A program made the position numbers and the translations under genes. The notes below the pieces were generated by a model. The model was not told the DNA's origin and did no database searches. It saw nothing but the letters and a program-made list of their open reading frames with translations. This document shows positions 12,025-25,088 of a DNA stretch of 58,164 nt, in pieces; within the stretch, counting starts at the first letter, position 1; each line of letters opens with the position of its first letter. Origin of the DNA: Nemertoderma westbladi (taxonomy: Eukaryota; Animalia; Xenacoelomorpha); contig JAUCBJ010005217.1 of the NCBI GenBank assembly GCA_032718475.1, positions 1-58,164 of the forward strand, written 5' to 3'.

Positions 12025-13034
12025 GGGCGCGGTTAAATCCCGAAATATTGAGAAATTTCAGACCTGTATCTAATTTAATATATATTTCAAAACTTACGGA
12101 GAGGGCAATTGCAAACCAATTAATGAAACATATGGGGTTACATAAACTGCATAAACCAATGCAGAGTGCATACAGACCTGTGTACAGCACGGAAACAGCG
12201 CTCCTGCGAATTAGTAATGATATTCTCTGCGACATTGACAGTGGCTCTGCTGTTTACCTAATTATGTTGGATTTAAGTGCCGCGTTCGACACTGTGGAAC
12301 ATGTAAAATTACTGGATATACTGGAAAATGAAATTATGGTAAAAGGAATTGCATTGGAGTGGTTCAGATCATACTTGAAAGATCGTACACAACAGGTACG
12401 CATAGGAAATAATTATTCTAAACAAAAGACCCTAAAATATGGGCTACCGCAAGGTCCTGTGCTCGGTCCTATTTTATTCTCTATTTATACTCGATCACTC
12501 TCGAAAGTAATTGCTAAATACGGTATATCGTTCCATTTCTACGCTGATGACACACAAATTTATCTCACGTTCAAACCGGAAAACGGCACTGCAGCCAAAT
12601 AAAAAATGGAGCGTTGCTTGATCGATGTGCGTAAATGGATGACCGAACATTTGTTAAAGTTAAACAGCGATAAAACCGAAGGTCCTACTGTTACAATCGC
12701 GATTCGGAACCCAAATAGAGCATAACGAGATGAAAGTGTGTGATGACACGGTGGGATTCACTGACAAAGCTCGCAATATTGGATTTCTCATTGACTCCCA
12801 TTTAACATTCAGTAAACAGATAGCTAATACTGTACGTGGGGCTTTCTTTCATCTGCGTAAATTAGCAAAGATAAAGCGGTACCTGTCAAAAGATGATCTC
12901 GAAACGTTGGTTCACACATTTATTACAAGCAAATTAGATTATAATAATGCGCTCTATTATGGATTGCCTTCAGAATACATAACAAAATTACATTGCGTAC
13001 AGAATTCGGCGGCTCGACTAGTAGGGGGAGTAAA
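12025..13034 (+). mobile_element. L2-clade LINE RT fragment (copy 1; copy 2 at 14909-15918)
   Basis: NFRPVSNL, QSAYRPVYSTETALL, LDLSAAFDTV, FYADDTQIY, FITSKLDYNNAL, VQNSAARLV; stops and frameshifts. Confidence 0.9.
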
Positions 13035-13910
13035 GATCTTTCAGCTCCACACAGATCAAGGATCTAGAGATTGCGTACCGTATAGTTCTCCGTGGTTTAT
13101 TGTATGTCGGTCCGTACGTGTCTAACTCGATAGTTTACTCAATGTTGGGTTGTCAAGAACTTGCAACTGAGGCATATCGCGAGTGCATCAGGATACTTCA
13201 TCGGCTTCATCATTGCCCAAACATCTTGCTGAACAAATTATTGCGATGTCTACTTCGGGAAAATGTCTACTTGTCTGATCCAACTCTCTATGCTGGTCTG
13301 GGTTCCGTCTTCAGTAAATGCCTTGCAAACTTCCCGGTTCCATCCATAAATTATCTTCTATCCAATAGATACTCGGCCAGATCAATCCTTGCTCGTCTCA
13401 ATTCCGGGGAGCTCTCCATAGAGGAACGCATGAGCAGTGACCACATTGCTGCTTGTCATAGCCTTAGTGTACCATTCTCAGTTCGTCACAGCTTGGTCTC
13501 ACAATATTTTGGTCTATAATATAATATTTCGCTTCACTCTTATTATTATATCGTTTTAATTATTTTTTGCTGGTTCATGAGTTCTTTAAATAGCCGTACC
13601 TTGTTGACGTGATTGCTTGTAGACAGTGATTATTTTAATCTTTCTACCCAATTGTGTGACTATATATTTTAAATTTTGCTGTGAAATAACTTGGATTGAA
13701 CTACCGACATAAGCATACGGTACTGTTCACTCTATTACGATGTTAATATCCAATTACTTTGCATTTATCAAATCATTTTTATATTGTATCGACGTTGTGT
13801 TGATTTTTTATATATTATGGTTACACGTCTGTCCAGCAAGTTTTAATTATAATGTGCATTCTATATTTTATTGTCGGCCTGTCCGAATTAAACTAATAAT
13901 AATAATAAAA
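13035..13910 (+). mobile_element. 3' end of RTEX-like LINE (copy of 20600-21474; another at 15919-16793)
   Basis: Near-identical to 20600-21474 including (TAA)n tail and junction to satellite. Confidence 0.9.
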
Positions 13911-14084
13911 CTCTCCCCAACACCTCCAGAGCTCGCCATCACCCACACAACTCCCCAACACCTCCAGAGCTCGCCATCACCCACACAACTCCCCAACACC
14001 TCCAGAGCTCGCGATCACCCACACAACTCCCCAACACCTCCAGAGCTCGCAATCACCCACACAACTCCCCAACACCTCCAGAGC
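13911..14084. repeat. 38-bp satellite block
   Basis: Same unit as 11610-12024. Confidence 0.95.
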
Positions 14085-14105
14085 ATCATCTGAGACACAT
14101 TTGAG

Positions 14106-16793
14106 ACACATCTCAAACCAGACACTATATAACATTGGAGGTGTCTCATTGGTTACCCCAAGCTTGACACTAGAACAAAGCCGCCTCCGCTTTGCAGGAC
14201 ATTGCTTTCGCCGTGAGGACCAGCCAGTGCATACTCTTGTACTTTGGCAGCCTCATGGAGTGAATAAGCATGGTGGACAGCCCATGACATTCTTGAGACG
14301 CATCTTAAAGGATACTGGCCTTGAAGATGCCTATCAAATGTCATGGGTGATAGGGAGTTGTGGCGGCGCAATTTTGTCGACAAGCCGGCACAGCATTCTT
14401 AGAAATGCAGCTGCAATGCAGCATGCCGATCCTAGTAGTAGTAGACATACATACATCGTCCACAAGGTTGCATCGCCGACCGGCCTTGCAACGCAACACC
14501 TCCAGAGCTCGCGATTACCCACACAACTCCCCAACACCTCCGGAGTTCGCGATCACCCACACAACTCCCCAACACCTCCAGAGCTCGCGATTACTCACAC
14601 AACTCCCCAACACCTCCAGAGCTCGCGATCACCCACACAACTCCCCAACACCTCCAGAGCTCGCGATCACCCACACAACTCCCCAACACCTCCACAGATC
14701 GCGATCATCCACACAACACCTCCAGAACTGGCGATCTCCCGACAACCCCCCAACACCTCCAGAGCTCGCGATCACCAACACAACTCCCCAACACCTCCAG
14801 AGCTCGCGATCACCAACACAACTCCCCAACACCTCCAGAGCTCGCGATCACCCACACAACTCCCCAACACTTCCAGAACTCGCGATCACCCACACAACTC
14901 CCCAACACGGGCGCGGTTAAATCCCGAAATATTGAGAAATTTCAGACCTGTATCTAATTTAATATATATTTCAAAACTTACGGAGAGGGCAATTGCAAAC
15001 CAATTAATGAAACATATGGGGTTACATAAACTGCATAAACCAATGCAGAGTGCATACAGACCTGTGTACAGCACGGAAACAGCGCTCCTGCGAATTAGTA
15101 ATGATATTCTCTGCGACATTGACAGTGGCTCTGCTGTTTACCTAATTATGTTGGATTTAAGTGCCGCGTTCGACACTGTGGAACATGTAAAATTACTGGA
15201 TATACTGGAAAATGAAATTATGGTAAAAGGAATTGCATTGGAGTGGTTCAGATCATACTTGAAAGATCGTACACAACAGGTACGCATAGGAAATAATTAT
15301 TCTAAACAAAAGACCCTAAAATATGGGCTACCGCAAGGTTCTGTGCTCGGTCCTATTTTATTCTCTATTTATACTCGATCACTCTCGAAAGTAATTGCTA
15401 AATACGGTATATCGTTCCATTTCTACGCTGATGACACACAAATTTATCTCACGTTCAAACCGGAAAACGGCACTGCAGCCAAATAAAAAATGGAGCGTTG
15501 CTTGATCGATGTGCGTAAATGGATGACCGAACATTTGTTAAAGTTAAACAGCGATAAAACCGAAGGTCCTACTGTTACAATCGCGATTCGGAACCCAAAT
15601 AGAGCATAACGAGATGAAAGTGTGTGATGACACGGTGGGATTCACTGACAAAGCTCGCAATATTGGATTTCTCATTGACTCCCATTTAACATTCAGTAAA
15701 CAGATAGCTAATACTGTACGTGGGGCTTTCTTTCATCTGCGTAAATTAGCAAAGATAAAGCGGTACCTGTCAAAAGATGATCTCGAAACGTTGGTTCACA
15801 CATTTATTACAAGCAAATTAGATTATAATAATGCGCTCTATTATGGATTGCCTTCAGAATACATAACAAAATTACATTGCGTACAGAATTCGGCGGCTCG
15901 ACTAGTAGGGGGAGTAAAGATCTTTCAGCTCCACACAGATCAAGGATCTAGAGATTGCGTACCGTATAGTTCTCCGTGGTTTATTGTATGTCGGTCCGTA
16001 CGTGTCTAACTCGATAGTTTACTCAATGTTGGGTTGTCAAGAACTCGCTACTGAGGCGTATCGCGAGTGCATCAGGATACTTCATCGGCTTCATCATTGC
16101 CCAAACATCTTGCTGAACAAATTATTGCGATGTCTACTTCGGGAAAATGTCTACTTGTCTGATCCAACTCTCTATGCTGGTCTGGGTTCCGTCTTCAGTA
16201 AATGCCTTGCAAACTTCCCGGTTCCATCCATAAATTATCTTCTATCCAATAGATACTCGGCCAGATCAATCCTTGCTCGTCTCAATTCCGGGGAGCTCTC
16301 CATAGAGGAACGCATGAGCAGTGACCACATTGCTGCTTGTCATAGCCTTAGTGTACCATTCTCAGTTCGTCACAGCTTGGTCTCACAATATTTTGGTCTA
16401 TAATATAATATTTCGCTTCACTCTTATTATTATATCGTTTTAATTATTTTTTGCTGGTTCATGAGTTCTTTAAATAGCCGTACCTTGTTGACGTGATTGC
16501 TTGTAGACAGTGATTATTTTAATCTTTCTACCCAATTGTGTGACTATATATTTTAAATTTTGCTGTGAAATAACTTGGATTGAACTACCGACATAAGCAT
16601 ACGGTACTGTTCACTCTATTACGATGTTAATATCCAATTACTTTGCATTTATCAAATCATTTTTATATTGTATCGACGTTGTGTTGATTTTTTATATATT
16701 ATGGTTACACGTCTGTCCAGCAAGTTTTAATTATAATGTGCATTCTACATTTTATTGTCGGCCTGTCCGAATTAAACTAATAATAATAATAAA
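14106..16793 (+). repeat. Second copy of tandem segmental duplication (offset 2,884 bp from 11222)
   Basis: ORF pairs 11269/14153, 12730/15614, 13100/15984 all differ by 2884; about 7 differences seen. Confidence 0.95.
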
Positions 16794-17174
16794 CTCTCCC
16801 CAACACCTCCAGAGCTCGCCATCACCCACACAACTCCCCAACACCTCCAGAGCTCGCGATCACCCACACAACTCCCCAACACCTCCAGAGCTCGCCATCA
16901 CCCACACAACTCCCCAACACCTCCAGAGCTCGCGATCACCCACACAACTCCCCAACACCTCCAGAGCTCGCAATCACCCACACAACTCTCCCCAACACCT
17001 CCAGAGCTCGCCATCACCCACACAACTCCCCAACACCTTCAGAGTTCGCGATCACCCACACAACTCCCCAACACCTCCAGAGCTCGCGATCACCCACACA
17101 ACTCCCCAACACCTCCAGAGCTCGCAATCACCCACACAACTCTCCCCAACACCTCCAGAGCTCGCCATCACCCA
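16794..17174. repeat. 38-bp satellite block
   Basis: Same unit. Confidence 0.95.
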
Positions 17175-20100
17175 TTTACCAATTTCTGTCGATTTTCGTT
17201 TGCCTTCAGCTGCGGCTACCCCTACAATCAGTAACAGAAGATGTATTTCTAAGACTTTCCCAAAAATTAATTGGTCCAGAGCCACTAAAGATCAACTGTT
17301 TTCTTTCAGATCACAAGTAGAATGTAAAATATCTGAGCTTTATAACAATATCAATTCAGCTACAATAAACTGGATGGAGAGTGACCTCGATCATTTTTCT
17401 CAATCAGTTGAGTCAATTATACGCAGGTCTGCTTCTGACCATCTTCCATTTCAGAAGTTTAAGAGAAGATCCCTGAACTATCGTATAAGGTCCTCAACTT
17501 TGCTCGCACGATCTCGAACCACTCGCCAGCTTTATTCACTTTGGCAGGAAGAAGGTAAGCCACAGAACAGTGTCCATCACCGAGCTTATGTTGAGTCCAA
17601 ACGTTCTTTGCGACGATTAAAAAACTTTCTTACGCAGAAACATTGTGAATCACGCATTGCAGCTCAAGCCAAGGTGGCAAAGTCTAATCCTAAAAATTTT
17701 GGAACTATTTTAATTCAGGAAAAGGTTCAACTGATATTCCGTCAGTTACACAAGAAGCAATCTCTGTCAACCTACAGGATTCCCACAGTAGAGATCAGTT
17801 GTTTCAGGATTCTATTTCTATCTTAAAACCCTATTAAACCCGGGGGGGGGTCAATATGACCCCTTCCCCGTGGTTTTTTTATTATAATTCTGAAACAAAC
17901 GCAGTTGGAAATCTGAAATTTTATGACTTTTCCTAAAATTCTATGGTCTTCCTAGTAGTGAAAACCGTTTTCAAAAATATTGGGTACTTTTCGAGTTATA
18001 GCACCATTGTTTAACCCTACTTTTGGCACTTTTTTTTGAGACGTTTTTCGAAAATTACATTTCATTAAATATGAATTGTAACATCCCTATTTTTGATTTA
18101 CACCGGTTTTTTGGTGTTAGAAATTGGATGGAATTCATATAAATTGATTTAGAAATTTCAAACTTGTTTTTTTCGGTGGGTGCCAAATTTTGGTGCCAGC
18201 ACCAAATTTTGAAATAAGTCAATTTTGTAAATTGATTGTTTGAAACTTGTTTTTTACGCAATTGGGGTTTTTTGGGGTTCTGGATTCGATGAAATATATA
18301 CGAGTTGCACCAAGCGTATCAAACTTGTTTTTTTCGGTGCTATGTGCAAATTTTGGTGCTAGCACGAAATTTTGAAAATCCATTCAATAGATAAAATTGT
18401 TTGTGACAATTTATTTCTTGCGTTTTAGAGGTTTATGGCTGTTCTGAATTCAATGGAAAATATAATTATTGAACTAGACATCTCAAGCTTGTATTTTTCG
18501 GATGTGGGTGCAAAATGTGGTGCTAGCACCAAATTTTGAAAACCATCAAATATATCAATTGATTGTGTCACCTTGTTTCTTGCGTTATACGGGTTTGTGA
18601 TGGTTCTGAATTCAATGGAATCAGTAAAATTTCATAAGAGTTATCAAACTTGTATTTTTCGCCGGTGGGTGAAAATTGTTGTGCCAGCACCAAATTTTGG
18701 AAAATATGCAAATTGATCAGTAGATAGTATCACCTTGTTTCTTGCGTTATACGGGTTTATGAGGGTCCTGAATCCGATGGAATCAATAAAAACAGCACTG
18801 GACATCGCAAACTTGTACTTTTTGGTGATGGGTACGAAATTTGGTGCTAGCACCAAAATTTGCCAAATTACGCCGAAAAATAGAAGTAGCAATGATCTGG
18901 CATATTAGAAATGTATTCCATTAGAATCAGCGCCCTAGAAAACCTAAAAATAAGAATTTATAGCATCGTATAAGTGAATTAAAAATTTTGTGTTCTAACT
19001 GAAAAGTGCTGGTTACTTGTTTTTTCATTTTTTTCCTACGCATAGAGGACTAAACAGCCATTTATGGTAATCATATCATTTTTAAATATTTTCCAATGTA
19101 TTTTGCGCCCCAGAAAACCTGTATTGAAAAACAATTCGCCGAAAAATGTAACTATCAAATTTTGTGAAAATTGTGCACTACTTGTAATTTTGGTGCTGCA
19201 ATATTACCACTCCAATACATTTTTTTGAAAATTTTTTTTTTCGGTCGGATCCAGACTAGTGGTATCACTAGTCTGGATCCGACCGAAAAAAAAAATTCGT
19301 ACAAACAAAATATCAGACGTTTTCGTTAATATTTGTAGATTTTAGAGGGAGGGGTCAATATGACCCCCCCCCCCCCCCCCCCCGGTATTTGTACAGCATT
19401 TTATAGCCCGGTACTAATAGGGTTAAATGCCGAGTTAACTGCAGCTTGTGATTCGGCTACAGTGCCTCTCATCTCTGTTACTTCAATTAAGCGGTCTATT
19501 CTGGCTCTTTCCAGAGGGAAGTCTGCGGATTTCCATGGTCTCTGTATTGAACACATCTTAAATCTTAACTGTGACTTCATCTGTTCCATTATGGCTGATA
19601 TTGTAAACTCCTGTATCAGGCTTGGACATGCCCCTTGGTTTTTTGGAGACACAATCATCACGCATCTTTACAAAGGAAATAAGAGGGATATCAACTCACC
19701 CAGATCCTATAGACCTATAGCAACAGTGACAGTTTTTAGCAAAATATTGGAATCATTAATTCTTCAGGAATTCCTCTCGAAGTTAGATTTTATACCGGAA
19801 TCTCAGTTTGCTTATCAGACGGGCATCGGTTCAGATCTCATTATTTCAACGCTTCTTGAATCTCTGGATTACCAACGGCGAGCAGGTCGAACTGTCTTTG
19901 TCTGTAGCTTGGACATCTCTGGGGCATTCGATAACGTGGATTTCGTAGTCCTCTTTCGTGATCTTAAAGAGCACCTGAACCCTTATATTTGCAAAACTTT
20001 ACTCTCCCATTACCTGGCTACGGTTGTTTATTTAAGATTTGGGAACCTTATAGACTCCTTCGGCATCTCACTGGCCATGGGAGTTAAACAGGGCAGTCTC

Positions 20101-21474
20101 ACATCTCCAATTCTCTTTCTTTTCTACTCCCGCCATATTCTAGAACATTTGAAAGCAATAGATTTTGGAGCCGAATTAGCTCTTCTATGGTTTGGCTCCA
20201 TCGGGTACGCAGATGACGTTCTTCTGATGACCCATAGTCCGGATCAACTACATTCAGCAGTATCTATCGTACTTCAACAGCTAGGGCTGGCTAAGCTATC
20301 TGAGGAGGACAGTAAAACACGCTGGTCCTATTTGTTGGGCTCCAGTAGAAGTTTGGCCTCTATCCCTACTTTCCTGAAGTTTGGTAACAACTTAATACCT
20401 CAGAGACATTCATTTTTCTGGGTTTTCCAGTAATCATGCCATCCACAATTCGCTTTCAACAGTGTATACAGAAGCTCTATGGCGGACAGATTCCACAGAA
20501 ATGGTTGGACAGTTTGTCATTTAAGTGTACACACTGTGGGATACCTCTGGCGGACAATTGCCCTTCCTACTGTGATGTATACGTTACGATTTGGGTTGGG
20601 ATCTTTCAGCTCCACACAGATCAAGGATCTAGAGATTGCGTACCGCATAGTTCTCCGTGGTTTATTGTATGTCGGTCCGTACGTGTCTAACTCGATAGTT
20701 TACTCAATGTTGGGTTGTCAAGAACTTGCAACTGAGGCATATCGCGAGTGCATCAGGATACTTCATCGGCTTCATCATTGCCCAAACATCTTGCTGAACA
20801 AATTATTGCGATGTCTACTTCGGGAAAATGTCTACTTGTCTGATCCAACTCTCTATGCTGGTCTGGGTTCCGTCTTCAGTAAATGCCTTGCAAACTTCCC
20901 GGTTCCATCCATAAATTATCTTCTATCCAATAGATACTCGGCCAGATCAATCCTTGCTCGTCTCAATTCCGGGGAGCTCTCCATAGAGGAACGCATGAGC
21001 AGTGACCACATTGCTGCTTGTCATAGCCTTAGTGTACCATTCTCAGTTCGTCACAGCTTGGTCTCACAATATTTTGGTCTATAATATAATATTTCGCTTC
21101 ACTCTTATTATTATATCGTTTTAATTATTTTTTGCTGGTTCATGAGTTCTTTAAATAGCCGTACCTTGTTGACGTGATTGCTTGTAGACAGTGATTATTT
21201 TAATCTTTCTACCCAATTGTGTGACTATATATTTTAAATTTTGCTGTGAAATAACTTGGATTGAACTACCGACATAAGCATACGGTACTGTTCACTCTAT
21301 TACGATGTTAATATCCAATTACTTTGCATTTATCAAATCATTTTTATATTGTATCGACGTTGTGTTGATTTTTTATATATTATGGTTACACGTCTGTCCA
21401 GCAAGTTTTAATTATAATGTGCATTCTACATTTTATTGTCGGCCTGTCCGAATTAAACTAATAATAATAATAAA
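17172..21474 (+). mobile_element. 5'-truncated RTEX-like LINE (ORF2 from end of endonuclease to 3' tail), interrupted by a DNA element
   Basis: Begins HLPI (end of APE SDH motif); RT motifs GKSADFHGLCIEHI, YRPIATV, LDISGAFDNV, GVKQGSLTSP, GYADDVLL; frameshifts near 17700 and 20420-20480; (TAA)n tail. Clade call tentative. Confidence 0.8.
17827..19422. mobile_element. Non-autonomous piggyBac-like DNA transposon inserted at TTAA
   Basis: TTAA 17823-17826 and 19423-19426; termini CCCTATTA.../...TAATAGGG; subterminal GGGGTCAATATGACCCC at both ends; five ~160-bp internal subrepeats; removal restores the LINE frame (SISILNAELT). Left end has 2 extra A. Confidence 0.75.
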
Positions 21475-24400
21475 CTCTCCCCAACACCTCCAGAGCTCGC
21501 CATCACCCACACAACTCCCCAACACCTCCAGAGCTCGCGATCACCCACACAACTCCCCAACACCTCCAGAGCTCGCCATCACCCACACAACTCCCCAACA
21601 CCTCCAGAGCTCGCGATCACCCACACAACTCCCCAACACCTCCAGAGCTCGCCATCACCCACACAACTCCCCAACACCTCCAGAGCTCGCGATCACCCAC
21701 ACAACTCCCCAACACCTCCAGAGCTCGCAATCACCCACACAACTCCCCAACACCTCCAGAGCTCGCCATCACCCACACAACTCCCCAACACCTCCAGAGC
21801 TCGCCATCACCCACACAACTCCCCAACACCTTCAGAGTTCGCGATCACCCACACAACTCCCCAACACGTCCAGATCTCGCGATCACCCACACAACTCCCC
21901 AACACCTCCAGAGTTCGCCATCACCCACACAACTCCCCAACACCTCCAGAGCTCGCGATCACCCACACAACTCCCCAACACCTCCAGAGCTCGCAATCAC
22001 CCACACAACTCCCCAACACCTCCAGAGCTCGCCATCACCCACACAACTCCCCAACACCTCCAGAGCTCGCCATCACCCACACAACTCCCCAACACCTTCA
22101 GAGTTCGCGATCACCCACACAACTCCCCAACACCTCCAGAGCTCGCAATCACCCACACAACTCACCAACACCTCCAGAGCTCGCAATCACCCACACAACT
22201 CCCCAACACCTCCAGAGCTCGCAATCACCCACACAACTCCCCAACACCTCCAGAGCTCGCCATCACCCACACAACTCCCCAACACCTCCAGAGCTCGCGA
22301 TCACCCACACAACTCCCCAACACCTCCAGAGCTCGCAATCACCCACACAACTCCCCAACACCTCCAGAGCTCGCCATCACCCACACAACTCCCCAACACC
22401 TTCAGAGTTCGCGATCACCCACACAACTCCCCAACACCTCCAGAGCTCGCGATCACCCACACAACTCCCCAACACCTCCAGAGCTCGCAATCACCCACAC
22501 AACTCTCCCCAACACCTCCAGAGCTCGCCATCACCCACACAACTCCCCAACACCTCCAGAGCTCGCGATCACCCACACAACTCCCCAACACCTCCAGAGC
22601 TCGCAATCACCCACACAACTCTCCCCAACACCTCCAGAGCTCGCCATCACCCACACAACTCCCCAACACCTTCAGAGTTCGCGATCACCCACACAACTCC
22701 CCAACACCTCCAGATCTCGCGATTACCCACACAACTCCCCAACACCTCCAGAGCTCGCGATCACCCACACAACTCCCCAACACCTCCAGAGCTCGCAATC
22801 ACCCACACAACTCTCCCCAACACCTCCAGAGCTCGCCATCACCCACACAACTCCCCCACGCCTCCAGAGCTCGCGATCACCCACACAACTCCCCAACACC
22901 TCCAGAGCTCGCAATCACCCACACAACTCTCCCCAACACCTCCAGAGCTCGCCATCACCCACACAACTCCCCAACACCTTCAGAGTTCGCGATCACCCAC
23001 ACAACTCCCCAACACCTCCAGATCTCGCGATCACCCACACAACTCCCCAACACCTCCAGAGCTCGCCATCACCCACACAACTCCCCAACACCTTCAGAGT
23101 TCGCGATCACCCACACAACTCCCCAACACCTCCAGAGCTCGGGATCACCCACACAACTCCCCAACACCTCCAGAGCTCGCAATCACCCACACAACTCTCC
23201 CCAACACCTCCAGAGCTCGCCATCACCCACACAACTCCCCAACACCTCCAGAGCTCGCGATCACCCACACAACTCCCCAACACCTCCAGAGCTCGCAATC
23301 ACCCACACAACTCTCCCCAACACCTCCAGAGCTCGCCATCACCCACACAACTCCCCAACACCTTCAGAGTTCGCGATCACCCACACAATTCCCCAACACC
23401 TCCAGATCTCGCGATCACCCACACAACTCCCCAACACCTCCAGAGCTCGCGATCACCCACACAACTCCCCAACACCTCCAGAGCTCGCAATCACCCACAC
23501 AACACAACTCTCCCCAACACCTCCAGAGCTCGCCATCACCCACACAACTCCCCAACACCTTCAGAGTTCGCGATCACCCACACAACTCCCCCACACCTCC
23601 AGAGCTCGCCATCATCCACACTACTCCCCAACACTTCCAGATCTCGCGATCACCCACACAACTCCCCAACACCTCCAGATCTCGCGATCACCCACACAAC
23701 TCCCCAACACCTCCAGAGCTCGCCATCACCCACACAACTCTCCCCAACACCTCCAGAGCTCGCGATCACCCACACAACTCCCCAACACCTCCAGAGCTCG
23801 CAATCACCCACACAACTCTCCCCAACACCTCCAGAGCTCGCCATCACCCACACAACTCCCCAACACCTTCAGAGTTCGCGATCACCCACACAATTCCCCA
23901 ACACCTCCAGATCTCGCGATCACCCACACAACTCCCCAACACCTCCAGAGCTCGCGATCACCCACACAACTCCCCAACACCTCCAGAGCTCGCGATCACC
24001 CACACAACTCCCCAACACCTACAGAGCTCGCGATCACCCACACAACTCCCCAACACCTCCAGAGCTCGCAATCACCCACACAACTCTCCCCAACACCTCC
24101 AGAGCTCGCCATCACCCACACAACTCCCCAACACCTTCAGAGTTCGCGATCACCCACACAATTCCCCAACACCTCCAGATCTCGCGATCACCCACACAAC
24201 TCCCCAACACCTCCAGAGCTCGCGATCACCCACACAACTCCCCAACACCTCCAGAGCTCGCAATCACCCACACAACTCTCCCCAACACCTCCAGAGCTCG
24301 CCATCACCCACACAACTCCCCAACACCTTCAGAGTTCGCGATCACCCACACAACTCCCCCACACCTCCAGAGCTCGCCATCATCCACACTACTCCCCAAC

Positions 24401-25088
24401 ACTTCCAGATCTCGCGATCACCCACACAACTCCCCAACACCTCCAGATCTCGCGATCACCCACACAACTCCCCAACACCTCCAGAGCTCGCCATCACCCA
24501 CACAACTCTCCCCAACACCTTCAGAGTTCGCGATCACCCACACAACTCCCCCACACCTCCAGAGCTCGCCATCATCCACACTACTCCCCAACACTTCCAG
24601 ATCTCGCGATCACCCACACAACTCCCCAACACCTCCAGATCTCGCGATCACCCACACAACTCCCCAACACCTCCAGAGCTCGCCATCACCCACACAACTC
24701 TCCCCAACACCTCCAGAGTTCGCGATCACCCACACAACTCCCCAACACCTCCAGAGTTCGCGATCACTCATACAACTCCACAACACCTCCAGAGTTCGCT
24801 ATCACCCACACATCTCCCCAATACCTCCAGAGCTCGGGATCTCCCATTCAACTCCCCAACACCTCCAGAGCTCGCGATCACCCACACAACTCCCCGACAC
24901 CTCCAGAGCTCGCCATCACCCACATAACTCCCCAACACCTCCAGAGCTCGCGATCACCCACAGAACTCCCCGACACCTCCAGAGCTCGCGATCACCCACA
25001 GAACTCCCCGACACCTCCAGAGTTCGCGATCACCCACACAACTCCCCAACACCTCCAGAACTCGCGATCACCCACACAACCCCCCAAT
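21475..25088. repeat. Main 38-bp satellite array (~95 units)
   Basis: Tandem units with recurring variants (GCC/GCA/GCG, +CT), degenerating at the 3' edge. Confidence 0.97.

Noticed and set aside
11187-12602. 471-aa RTE-satellite-L2 fusion ORF (and the 14101-15486 copy)
   Set aside because: Chance read-through of joined fragments; non-ATG start and RT ends at a premature stop.
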